Both the position numbers and the translations under genes were made by a program. Positions 8,594 through 16,985 of a DNA stretch of 64,000 nt are shown piece after piece; positions within the stretch are counted from its first letter, which is position 1, and each line of letters starts with the position of its first letter. The notes under the pieces were generated by a model, which was given only the letters and a program-made list of their open reading frames with translations, had not been told where the DNA came from and made no database searches. Origin of the DNA: Clostridia bacterium (GTDB lineage: Bacteria > Bacillota > Clostridia > Christensenellales > Borkfalkiaceae); assembly GCA_017504795.1 (NCBI GenBank), contig JAFVQM010000011.1:22842-86841 (forward strand), given 5' to 3'.

Positions 8594-8621
8594 ATTATAG
8601 AAATTATTGTTAAAATTTGAA
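8594..8621 (-). promoter_or_regulatory. candidate promoter of minDE (TTCAAA-16-TATAAT)
   Basis: Minus strand: TTCAAAttttaacaataatttcTATAAT, about 30 nt upstream of the minD start. Confidence 0.4.
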
Positions 8622-8632
8622 TTTTTTTGTAT

Positions 8633-8663
8633 AAAAAAACTCTCGTTTATTAAGCGAGAGTTT
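8633..8663 (-). terminator. intrinsic terminator (AAACTCTCG...CGAGAGTTT stem)
   Basis: Minus strand: aaactctcg-cttaataaa-cgagagttt followed by TTTTTTT. Confidence 0.7.
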
Positions 8664-8692
8664 ATTTGTTAAATTTGCCTATTATAACTTAC

Positions 8693-8820
8693 ATTTAAGG
8701 GCTTAGTTACAAGCAAGACAAGGCTCGCCTAGACGGGTGGTTAAATAGACCTTGTTGGTCATTGCAGACACACGACGACGGCAGAAACGAAGTACTCGCG
8801 CCGTAAATAAGACCTTAAAT
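8693..8820. repeat. modular repeat family, complete 128-nt copy with terminal inverted repeats
   Basis: 5' ATTTAAGGGCTTAGTTAC (8693-8710) versus the reverse complement of 8803-8820, ATTTAAGGTCTTATTTAC. AAGGCTCG plus ctcg-cctaga-cggg hairpin, then GACCTTGTTGGTC. Overlaps the stop codon at 8815-8817. Confidence 0.8.
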
Positions 8821-10176
8821 AATTTCTGGAAGTGATGCAGCGGCTATCGACTGCCCTACGCGCTTATTAGACTCGTCAGGCATAGAAAGGCTAATAGACG
8901 AATATTTTGGGAATTCTTCGTCTAATACTTTTCTTGCGTTATCTAAAATGATATCGCCACCTTTACCAGACGTTACGCGCCCTAAAAGTAGCGCGTGCTT
9001 GATATCGTAAAATTCGCTGTAATATGCGAGCGTGTAACCAAGATAAATACCTATGCACTCGTAGATTTTTTTAGCCATTTCATCGCCGTCAGCCATAAGT
9101 TTTTGAATAACTTTCAACTTTTCAGCAGGAGATAAACCGTCTTCAAACTTAAAGCCTGCGTTTTCGGCAAGTTTAATAACGCTGTCTTGCGAGAAGTATT
9201 TTACACCGCAACCGTAGTCGCCCGACCACTCGTCAACCATAGCGTCTTTATTATAATCAACGGGTGCAAAAGCGAGTTCGTTAAGCCAACCTTCTAAACA
9301 GCCTTCGCGGTTGATGTAGCCTACCGCTTCGCTAGTGCCCATAGCGATACCGAGTACTGCGGTATCTTCAAGGTCGATAGCGCCTGCGAGCGCTGTAACG
9401 TCACCGTCGTTAGCAACTTCGATAGGTGCGCCTATTTCTTTTGCGATATCTAAATACATCGTTTTAACGTGCTTTTCAAAATCTTCTTCGGGAACTTTTA
9501 TAAAAAGCGACGCTACCATTATTTTATTGTCAACGTAAACGCCGGCAGAAGATACACCGATAGCGTCAACCCTTGGCATTTTGCTTGCTGCGGTCTTCAT
9601 AGACTCCATAATGCCGTTATACTGATAGTGCCAGTCAGAATTGAGTTTGGGGTGCCAAACTACTTCTTCACTGTAAACTACTTTACCGTCGATAACGGCG
9701 GAAACCTTTCTATCTGAACCGCCCGCGTCAAAACCGATACGGCACCCGTCTAAATGACCGCCAACTTTAAGCGAGCAACTCTTTTTTTCAGGGAACTCTT
9801 CATAAGAAACTTTAACTACTTCGAACGGTCTTTCATATACGCCCGACATAAACTTTTCGTCAAATGCGCGTTCGCCCGTTTTTGAGTATGCCGATTTAAT
9901 TCTATTATAGATATAATCGTCACCAGCGATATAAATTTTATAACCGCCCGCTACCCACAAAATAGTTTTGATAATTCTTTCGGCTACGCCGTAGTTTTCT
10001 TCTTTTTTATTTTCGTCTGCAAAAATTTGAAGGTCGTAACAAAAGTTATAACCTTTATTTCTTTCAACGCAAATTTTTAATAACTTGCTTTCTTCTTTTT
10101 CAACGGCTTTTCTAAAATCGTTGAGTTTAACGATCATAGGATAGTAATTTTTATCGTAGATAGGTGTGAATTTCAT
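8815..10176 (-). CDS. ROK-like / ASKHA-superfamily sugar kinase family protein
   Basis: GFDAGGSD and ANDGDVTALAGA motifs. Start moved to MKFTPIY, which is preceded by GGAG. Confidence 0.55.
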   Translation of the reverse strand: MKFTPIYDKNYYPMIVKLNDFRKAVEKEESKLLKICVERNKGYNFCYDLQIFADENKKEENYGVAERIIKTILWVAGGYKIYIAGDDYIYNRIKSAYSKTGERAFDEKFMSGVYERPFEVVKVSYEEFPEKKSCSLKVGGHLDGCRIGFDAGGSDRKVSAVIDGKVVYSEEVVWHPKLNSDWHYQYNGIMESMKTAASKMPRVDAIGVSSAGVYVDNKIMVASLFIKVPEEDFEKHVKTMYLDIAKEIGAPIEVANDGDVTALAGAIDLEDTAVLGIAMGTSEAVGYINREGCLEGWLNELAFAPVDYNKDAMVDEWSGDYGCGVKYFSQDSVIKLAENAGFKFEDGLSPAEKLKVIQKLMADGDEMAKKIYECIGIYLGYTLAYYSEFYDIKHALLLGRVTSGKGGDIILDNARKVLDEEFPKYSSISLSMPDESNKRVGQSIAAASLPEII

Positions 10177-10249
10177 AAGTGTCTCCATAAAACAAAATTA
10201 TTCGCTTATATATTAGCATAATCTTTTACAAAATAAAAGGCTTTTCACG

Positions 10250-10278
10250 AAAAAAAAGCGGATTTTTTCCGCTTTTTT
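10250..10278 (-). terminator. intrinsic terminator after the ABC operon
   Basis: aaaaaaaagcgga-ttttt-tccgctttttt. Confidence 0.7.
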
Positions 10279-11127
10279 CTAAAGAACTTTTGATAAAAAG
10301 TCTTTTAGTCTTTCGTTTTGGGGGTTAGTGAAAAATTCGCTAGGCGCGTTTTCTTCAACGATTTTACCACCGTCAATAAAAATAACGCGATTTGCTACTT
10401 CTCTTGCAAAACCCATTTCGTGAGTAACGATAACCATCGTCATACCGTCATTTGCTAAGCGCTTCATAAGTTCTAAAACTTCGCCTACCATTTCAGGATC
10501 TAACGCCGACGTAGGCTCGTCAAATAGAATAACCTTTGGATCCATAGCGAGCGCTCTAACTATTGCTATACGCTGTTTTTGACCGCCCGATAAGGTTGAC
10601 GGATACGCCTTAGCGTACTCTTCAAGTTGAATTTGTTTAAGGAGTTCTATCGCCTTTAACTCCGCCTTTTCCTTAATGATCTTTATATCGTCACCAAGTT
10701 CAAGGTAGGCGGTTTTTTGTTTAGAAAATAAGTTCTTAAACCAAATTTTTAGGTTTTGCCTTTGAATTTTTTTGCGCTTATTTTTAGCGACTATAACGGG
10801 CGCTAAGGTGATGTTATCTAAAACGTTTAGGTTGTTAAACAGGTTGAATTGCTGGAAAACCATACCTATTTTTTGGCGGTGAACGTTGATGTCAACCTTC
10901 ATATCGGCAAGGTTTTCACCGTCAAACCAAATAGCGCCAGAAGTTGCGTCTTCCATACAGTTTATGCACCTTAAAAAGGTAGATTTACCGCAACCCGAAG
11001 GGCCTATTATCGCAATTTTATCGCCGTTAAAAATATCAAGGTCTATCCCCTTTAATACTTCTTTTTCGCCAAAGTTTTTGGTTAAGCCCTTTATCGATAT
11101 CACGGTTTCTTTATTTACTTCTTTCAC
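10279..11127 (-). CDS. polar amino-acid ABC transporter ATP-binding protein (with ~40-aa insertion)
   Basis: Walker [10 protein letters not shown], signature LSGGQKQR and Walker [15 protein letters not shown] start. Extra basic segment [15 protein letters not shown]...KEK lies between the Q-loop and the signature. Confidence 0.85.
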   Translation of the reverse strand: MKEVNKETVISIKGLTKNFGEKEVLKGIDLDIFNGDKIAIIGPSGCGKSTFLRCINCMEDATSGAIWFDGENLADMKVDINVHRQKIGMVFQQFNLFNNLNVLDNITLAPVIVAKNKRKKIQRQNLKIWFKNLFSKQKTAYLELGDDIKIIKEKAELKAIELLKQIQLEEYAKAYPSTLSGGQKQRIAIVRALAMDPKVILFDEPTSALDPEMVGEVLELMKRLANDGMTMVIVTHEMGFAREVANRVIFIDGGKIVEENAPSEFFTNPQNERLKDFLSKVL

Positions 11128-11809
11128 TTCGTTTTAACCTCCTTTCCATAAGTCTTATAAGGAAGGTTATCAATAAAACGATAACGAGATAAACTAGCGC
11201 GAGCGTAAGGTAGGGAATAATGTATTCGTAGTTAGCGTCACCTATCGCTCTAAACGCCTTAGTAACGTCGGTTACTGCGATAAAACTTACTATCGAAGTT
11301 TCTTTAATTAAAACTATAAACTCGTTGCCGAGAGTGGGAAGTATGTTTTTTATCGACTGCGGAATTACTATTTTGAGCATTGCCGTCCAAAAGGATAAGC
11401 CTACCGCTCTACCCGCTTCTAACTGCCCAGCGTCAACCGACTGAATGCCCGAACGCATAATTTCAGAAACGTACGCGCCCGAGTTAAGCCCGAAAATTAT
11501 AATTGCTACGTACACCCCGTCAAGCATAATGTTTAGCGCGGGCATAAGTACGAAGTAACCTATAAGTAGTTGAACAACCATAGGCGTACCACGGAAAAAA
11601 GCGACGTAAACGTCGCACACTTTTTCGAGTATTTTAGGTAGAATTTTGTACTTTGGCATAACTTTAACCACAGCGATAATCGTACCTATTAAAATACCAA
11701 TTATAAGTCCTAAAACGGCAATCTCAACGGTCGTTAAAAGACCGTTGAGAACCGTTTTGTATCCGTTATACGTTATGAACTGTTTGTAAAAAACGTTCCA
11801 CGCTTTCAT
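11111..11809 (-). CDS. amino-acid ABC transporter permease (His/Glu/Gln/Arg/opine family)
   Basis: 232 aa. EAA-loop-like EAGRAVGLS and multiple TM helices. Confidence 0.85.
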   Translation of the reverse strand: MKAWNVFYKQFITYNGYKTVLNGLLTTVEIAVLGLIIGILIGTIIAVVKVMPKYKILPKILEKVCDVYVAFFRGTPMVVQLLIGYFVLMPALNIMLDGVYVAIIIFGLNSGAYVSEIMRSGIQSVDAGQLEAGRAVGLSFWTAMLKIVIPQSIKNILPTLGNEFIVLIKETSIVSFIAVTDVTKAFRAIGDANYEYIIPYLTLALVYLVIVLLITFLIRLMERRLKRSERSK

Positions 11810-12699
11810 TACTTGTTTTTAAGAATATCTTCAATTTGCGCCTTAGTGGTGCAGTTATCGAATTCGGTGTTATCTTTCTTAACGATAAGAACTTGATATG
11901 CGCCTTCAAAGTATACGTCAGAGAAGTTTACCGATTGCTTACGAGTTTCAGTTACCGATAAGCCTGCCATAGCAATATCTACGCCGTTTTTACCAACCGA
12001 AGTTACAACCGCGTCAAAATCCATATCTTCAATAACGAGTTCTAAACCAAGGAAAGTAGCGATAAATTGAGCAACTTCCATATCGATACCAGCAAACTTA
12101 TTGCCTTTTTTGTATTCAAACGGTGCAAACGCCGCGTTGGTTGCAACTACTAATTGACCGTTAGGATTAGAAGTATCTTTTTGAGCGCTTTCAACGCCTG
12201 CAATAAGTTCGTCACCACCGATAACGTTACCGTCTTCATCATACTGTAAGTTATCGTATTTTGCCATAATAGCATCAAGAAGGCTAGGACCGCCTAAGAT
12301 AGGTGCTTTTAACGCTGCGATAGCATTGTTTACTTGTTGTAAAAGCGTAGTTTGCGTTTTATCAACACCGTATGCGTATTGCTCGGTAGTTAAAGCGATA
12401 TCAATCATTTTAATTTCGCTATTTTGAGCAACGAGTTGTTTAGCGGGTTCGTTATCAATAATAACGTAGTCGATTTGACCGTTGAGCATTGCTTGAACTG
12501 CAAGACCGCCGTTGTTGAACGCTTTGCACTCAATGTTCTCAAAGCCCGGAAGCATCATATCAGCGTTACCGTTAACGTAAAGTTCACCGGTAGTACCTTG
12601 TTGAACACCTATTTTGCATTTAGGACCACATGCGGTAAACGCGAAAAGACAAACCGATGCTAAAATACCTGCAAAAATTGCTTTAATAAATTTTTTCAT
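11809..12699 (-). CDS. amino-acid-binding lipoprotein, SBP_bac_3-like with circularly permuted halves
   Basis: Lipobox AFTAC. Residues ~25-150 align to the C-terminal half of GlnH-type binding proteins. Residues ~180-296 (LVVATNAAFAPFEY...DMDFDAVV...GLSVTETRK) align to the N-terminal half. Confidence 0.8.
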   Translation of the reverse strand: MKKFIKAIFAGILASVCLFAFTACGPKCKIGVQQGTTGELYVNGNADMMLPGFENIECKAFNNGGLAVQAMLNGQIDYVIIDNEPAKQLVAQNSEIKMIDIALTTEQYAYGVDKTQTTLLQQVNNAIAALKAPILGGPSLLDAIMAKYDNLQYDEDGNVIGGDELIAGVESAQKDTSNPNGQLVVATNAAFAPFEYKKGNKFAGIDMEVAQFIATFLGLELVIEDMDFDAVVTSVGKNGVDIAMAGLSVTETRKQSVNFSDVYFEGAYQVLIVKKDNTEFDNCTTKAQIEDILKNK

Positions 12700-12837
12700 A
12701 AGTTTTCTCCTTTATATAAAGATTTTATAATTCGATTTTACAACCATATTTTTATAAAGTCAAGCAAATTGTATAAAAATAAATTTTATTCATTTTTGCT
12801 TGCATAAATTTATAATTTTGCAAATAATATACAAATT

Positions 12838-14010
12838 TTATACAAAATTTCTATCTATCGTTATTACGGTATCGAAAGACGGGTAACTCGATTTTACTAA
12901 GTCGTCAAGTTTTTGTTTTAGTTCTTTTTCAGTTAAATTCGACGAGTATGGTAAAACGCAGTCAAAAATCACTATATTTCTAATTTTGCCTTCTACGATT
13001 CTAACGTCGTGAACGGAAAGGGTTTCGTCAACAGACTTCACGTTGTCGTGCAAAAATTTTCGCATTTCAACGGCTAAGGGGTTGGTGGTTGAAACGGGGT
13101 CGAAGTGGATAACTATATCAAGCCCGTCTTCTTCTAAAAAGAGTTTTTCTATTTTGTCGATTTGTTCGTGGCTTTCTAAAACGTCCGCCTCTGCGGGCAT
13201 TTCTAGGTGAACGCTTGCAAAACATCTACCAACGCCGTAGTCGTGCACGATAAGGTCGTGAATACCTAAAACCCCGTCATAACTTAAAAGTTTGTTTTTT
13301 ATATATTCTACCTTTTCTTTTTCGGGCGGTTTGCCGAGTAGACTTGAAAGCGTTTCTCTTATAAGCCCTACACCGCTAAATAAAATAAACACTGCAACGG
13401 CAACCGTCATATACCCGTCAAGCGAAAGGTTTGTAAAGTGGGTAATTATTAAAGATACGAGTACCACCGACGTTGCTATCGCATCGTTAAACGAGTCTTT
13501 CTCGGTGGCGCGCAAGGTGTCCGAATTTATAAGTTTTGCACCGCTTTTATTAAATAATGATAAAAATATCTTTATTATAATTGATATTATAAGTATAACT
13601 ACGGTTACGGTAGAAAACTCAATAGCCGTTGGGGTTATAATTTTTTCAACACCGCTTTTTAATAGTTCAAACCCGATAAGAAGTATTATTATGCAAACGA
13701 TAAACGTTGCTAAGTATTCGTATCTGCCGTGCCCGTAGGGGTGCTCTTTATCCGCAGGGCGAATAGAAAGACGAAAACCTATAAAACTTATGACGTTGCT
13801 AGACGCATCGGTTAAATTATTGAGCGCGTCCGCCATAACGGCAACCGAGCCAGACAATAACCCCGCTAAAAGTTTTATAGAAAATAGTAATACGTTTGCT
13901 AAAATTCCTATAACGCTAGCAACTTTTCCGTACGCCGAGCGAACTTTGGGGTTGGAAACGTCATCTGCGTTTTTTATAAAAAGTTTGAAAATTTTAATCA
14001 TTTTTTTCAC
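12838..14010 (-). CDS. cation diffusion facilitator family transporter
   Basis: 390 aa. Six TM helices plus a cytoplasmic CDF C-terminal domain. HxxxD-like metal-site motifs. Confidence 0.8.
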   Translation of the reverse strand: MKKMIKIFKLFIKNADDVSNPKVRSAYGKVASVIGILANVLLFSIKLLAGLLSGSVAVMADALNNLTDASSNVISFIGFRLSIRPADKEHPYGHGRYEYLATFIVCIIILLIGFELLKSGVEKIITPTAIEFSTVTVVILIISIIIKIFLSLFNKSGAKLINSDTLRATEKDSFNDAIATSVVLVSLIITHFTNLSLDGYMTVAVAVFILFSGVGLIRETLSSLLGKPPEKEKVEYIKNKLLSYDGVLGIHDLIVHDYGVGRCFASVHLEMPAEADVLESHEQIDKIEKLFLEEDGLDIVIHFDPVSTTNPLAVEMRKFLHDNVKSVDETLSVHDVRIVEGKIRNIVIFDCVLPYSSNLTEKELKQKLDDLVKSSYPSFDTVITIDRNFV

Positions 14011-15055
14011 CTGAAAGTTCTACGTACGCCTTGGCGTTAAGCGAAAGGTCGGAAAAATTGCGGTTTAGATATTGAAGGTAACCTTCCGCACCTATCATAC
14101 AAGCGTTGTCCGTACATAATTTTTTTTCGGGTAGCACGAGTTTTATGCCACGCTTTTTACACTCTTTTTCAAGTTCTTGCCTTAAATAGCCGTTAGCGGC
14201 AACGCCACCGCCAACCGACAAAACGCCGTAGCCCCTTTCCTTAACCGCTTTGATAGACTTTTTAACGAGTTCGCCTACCGCCGAAGTTTGAAAGGAACGC
14301 GCCACGTCTGCAACGCTATAACTTTCGCCCTTTTGCTCTTTATTATGAACGTAGTTTATCACCGCAGTTTTAAGCCCGCTATACGAAAAGTCGTAACCCT
14401 TTTTGCCTTTTAACATCACGGGGAGTTCCACGGTGTTTTCACCGTTTTTAGCAACCCTTTCAATATTCGGGCCACCTGGGTATTCAAGCCCTAAAACCCT
14501 TGCAACTTTATCAAAGGCTTCGCCTACCGCATCGTCAAGCGTTCCACCCAAAACGTCGTAGGTGTAGTAGTCCTTAACGTCGATAACGGCGGTGTGCCCA
14601 CCGCTTGCAAGTAACGCGATAAACGGGGGTTTTAAGTCTTTATCGGCAAGATAGCCCGCCGAAACGTGCCCCCTTATATGGCTAACGGGAACTAGCGGAA
14701 TACCTAGCGAAAAGGCAAGTGCTTTTGCGTACGAAACGCCAACGAGTAGCGCGCCTATTAAACCTGAGCCGTAGGTTACGGCAACCGCATCTAACTCGCT
14801 AAGGGTAACGCCCGCGTCTTTCACTGCCGTTTCAACCGCTTGTGATATTGCGGTTGTGTGCGCGCGCGACGCAATTTCCGGCACTACGCCCCCAAACTTT
14901 ATATGCTCGGTCATAGAACTTATTATTGACGACGACAATATCTCTCTCCCGCCCTTTATAACTGATGCGGCGGTTTCGTCACAACTAGATTCTATTGCAA
15001 GTATCAATGCGCCCTCTTTTAAGGGCACGTTTTTAATTTTTTCAAAATAACTCAT
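13994..15055 (-). CDS. tsaD: tRNA N6-adenosine threonylcarbamoyltransferase TsaD
   Basis: ILAIESSCDETAASV and GGVAAN motifs. Confidence 0.9.
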   Translation of the reverse strand: MSYFEKIKNVPLKEGALILAIESSCDETAASVIKGGREILSSSIISSMTEHIKFGGVVPEIASRAHTTAISQAVETAVKDAGVTLSELDAVAVTYGSGLIGALLVGVSYAKALAFSLGIPLVPVSHIRGHVSAGYLADKDLKPPFIALLASGGHTAVIDVKDYYTYDVLGGTLDDAVGEAFDKVARVLGLEYPGGPNIERVAKNGENTVELPVMLKGKKGYDFSYSGLKTAVINYVHNKEQKGESYSVADVARSFQTSAVGELVKKSIKAVKERGYGVLSVGGGVAANGYLRQELEKECKKRGIKLVLPEKKLCTDNACMIGAEGYLQYLNRNFSDLSLNAKAYVELSGEKND

Positions 15056-16152
15056 TACGATTTTTTAAGATAATCTACTATAAATAAATCAATATCCCCG
15101 TCCATAACCGCGGAAACGTTACTGTTTTCAGCGCCCGTTCTATGGTCTTTAACGAGAGTGTACGGGCAGAATACGTACGAGCGAATTTGACTGCCCCACT
15201 CAATCTTTTTAATGTCGCCTTTAATCTCTTGCGCCTCAGCCATTTTTTCTGCTTCGCGCTTTTCAACGAGTTTACTCATAAGCATTTTCATTGCTTGCTC
15301 GCGGTTTTGTATTTGAGAACGCTCGTTTTGACAAGCGACGATAATGCCCGTAGGTAAGTGGGTTATTCTTATTGCCGACTCCGTTTTATTTACGTGTTGA
15401 CCACCCGCGCCCGACGAACGATAGGTATCTACCTTTATTTCTTCTGGGCGAATTTCTATCTCGCCTGCATCTTCAATTTCAGGCATAACTTCAACTGATG
15501 AAAATGACGTTTGCCTTCTAGCATTAGCGTCAAACGGGGAAATTCTAACTAAGCGGTGAACGCCCTTTTCGGCTTTGAGATAGCCGTAGGCGTTAACGCC
15601 TTCCACCTTAAACGAAACGCTTTTAATACCCGCCGAATCGCCTTCAAGCCTATCAAGTTCAGTTATTTTATAACCGTGCTTTTCCGAATACATCATATAC
15701 ATACGGTAAAGCATTTCAGTCCAGTCGCACGCTTCCGTTCCGCCTGCGCCGGCGTGTAAGGTCATAATTGCGCTAGACGAATCGTATTTACCGCGAAGAA
15801 GTGCTTGTAAGCGAATTTTTTCAATGTCTTCTTCGGCTTCTTTAAGTTCGAGTTCAACTTCCGCCATAAAACTATCGTCGTTTTCTTCTTCGGATAGAAT
15901 TATCATTTCTTCGGCGTCTGCAATCGCCTTTTCCGCCCTATCGAATACTTCTATTTTGTTTCTTATTGCCTGAGCCTTTTTAGAATACTCAGCCGACTTT
16001 TTAAGGTCGGTGTAAACTTCTTCTTTTTCAAGTTCCTTTTCAATGTCGCTTAAATCTTTTCTTGCGGTTGAAATATCTAACGAATAGCCCGCTTCTTTAA
16101 GCGTTTCTTTAAGGCTTGCAATTTTTTGCCAGTATAAATCAGTTCTAATCAT
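15055..16152 (-). CDS. prfB: peptide chain release factor 2 (single uninterrupted frame)
   Basis: SPF (RISPFD) and GGQ (SGAGGQHVNKTESA) motifs. 365 aa from its own ATG. Confidence 0.9.
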   Translation of the reverse strand: MIRTDLYWQKIASLKETLKEAGYSLDISTARKDLSDIEKELEKEEVYTDLKKSAEYSKKAQAIRNKIEVFDRAEKAIADAEEMIILSEEENDDSFMAEVELELKEAEEDIEKIRLQALLRGKYDSSSAIMTLHAGAGGTEACDWTEMLYRMYMMYSEKHGYKITELDRLEGDSAGIKSVSFKVEGVNAYGYLKAEKGVHRLVRISPFDANARRQTSFSSVEVMPEIEDAGEIEIRPEEIKVDTYRSSGAGGQHVNKTESAIRITHLPTGIIVACQNERSQIQNREQAMKMLMSKLVEKREAEKMAEAQEIKGDIKKIEWGSQIRSYVFCPYTLVKDHRTGAENSNVSAVMDGDIDLFIVDYLKKS

Positions 16153-16166
16153 AAAAATCCTAATAT

Positions 16167-16982
16167 TTAAGTAAAATCTTCTCCCGCCAAAACCTTATCG
16201 ATTATAAATTTTAGCGGAAATTTATCAACGTGCGGTGCAATAAATTTTGCCGTTTGCTTTAATCTTTTCGTTGCGTTTTCAACGGCTATACCAAACCCGA
16301 ATTCAAGTAAAGTTAAGTCGTTAGTGCTATCGCCTACCGTTATAACGCTATCGCTAGGAACACCGAAATACTCGGCAACGCGCTTACTTGCTACGTACTT
16401 TGTAAAGTTGGTTGAAACGAACTCCATAAGCCTAACGCCACCGCTGTTTGCAATAACTTTTCCACTATATTTTTCGTTTATAAAACTCTCTATCTCGCTA
16501 ACGTCTTCATCGGGCGTTTTGGTTATAACTAGTTTTTGGTAAATATAATCGCTATCTTCGACGAACTTTTTAAGGTTAGAAACCTTGGTTGACTTTACTA
16601 AACTTTTATAAAAGTCAACGTAACTGTCAACCCCATCGTGACCTTCGTAATATATCTCGTCGTCAAAAAACGCAACTATTCCCTTATTAAACGAACGCAA
16701 GTCGTCAATGAGTGAAAGCGCCGTTTCTTTATCGATACCGCCCTTTAATATCGGCGTATTATCTACCGTTACTTTCGAGCCTTGATAGGATATAACCGCG
16801 TCAGCAACGATATCGTTTTCTTCCATAACTTTTATTATAGAAGACTCCGCTCTCCCCGTGCAAAACACAAACTTTCCACCGCGGTTTTGATAGTTTTTTA
16901 TAGCGTTTACTACGTCAAGTGGTACTTTGTTTCCGATTGCGGTAGTCCCGTCGTAATCGGATATTATCATTTTGTATTTCAT
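16167..16982 (-). CDS. Cof-type HAD-IIB family hydrolase
   Basis: DYDGT nucleophile motif, C-terminal GDSTND. Confidence 0.8.
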   Translation of the reverse strand: MKYKMIISDYDGTTAIGNKVPLDVVNAIKNYQNRGGKFVFCTGRAESSIIKVMEENDIVADAVISYQGSKVTVDNTPILKGGIDKETALSLIDDLRSFNKGIVAFFDDEIYYEGHDGVDSYVDFYKSLVKSTKVSNLKKFVEDSDYIYQKLVITKTPDEDVSEIESFINEKYSGKVIANSGGVRLMEFVSTNFTKYVASKRVAEYFGVPSDSVITVGDSTNDLTLLEFGFGIAVENATKRLKQTAKFIAPHVDKFPLKFIIDKVLAGEDFT

Positions 16983-16985
16983 ATT

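Noticed and set aside
15055-16152. Programmed +1 frameshift site (CTT TGA C) expected in prfB
   Set aside because: The RF2 ORF is continuous from its own ATG through the region equivalent to the frameshift site (..EAGYSLDIST..). No upstream short ORF or in-frame TGA is present.
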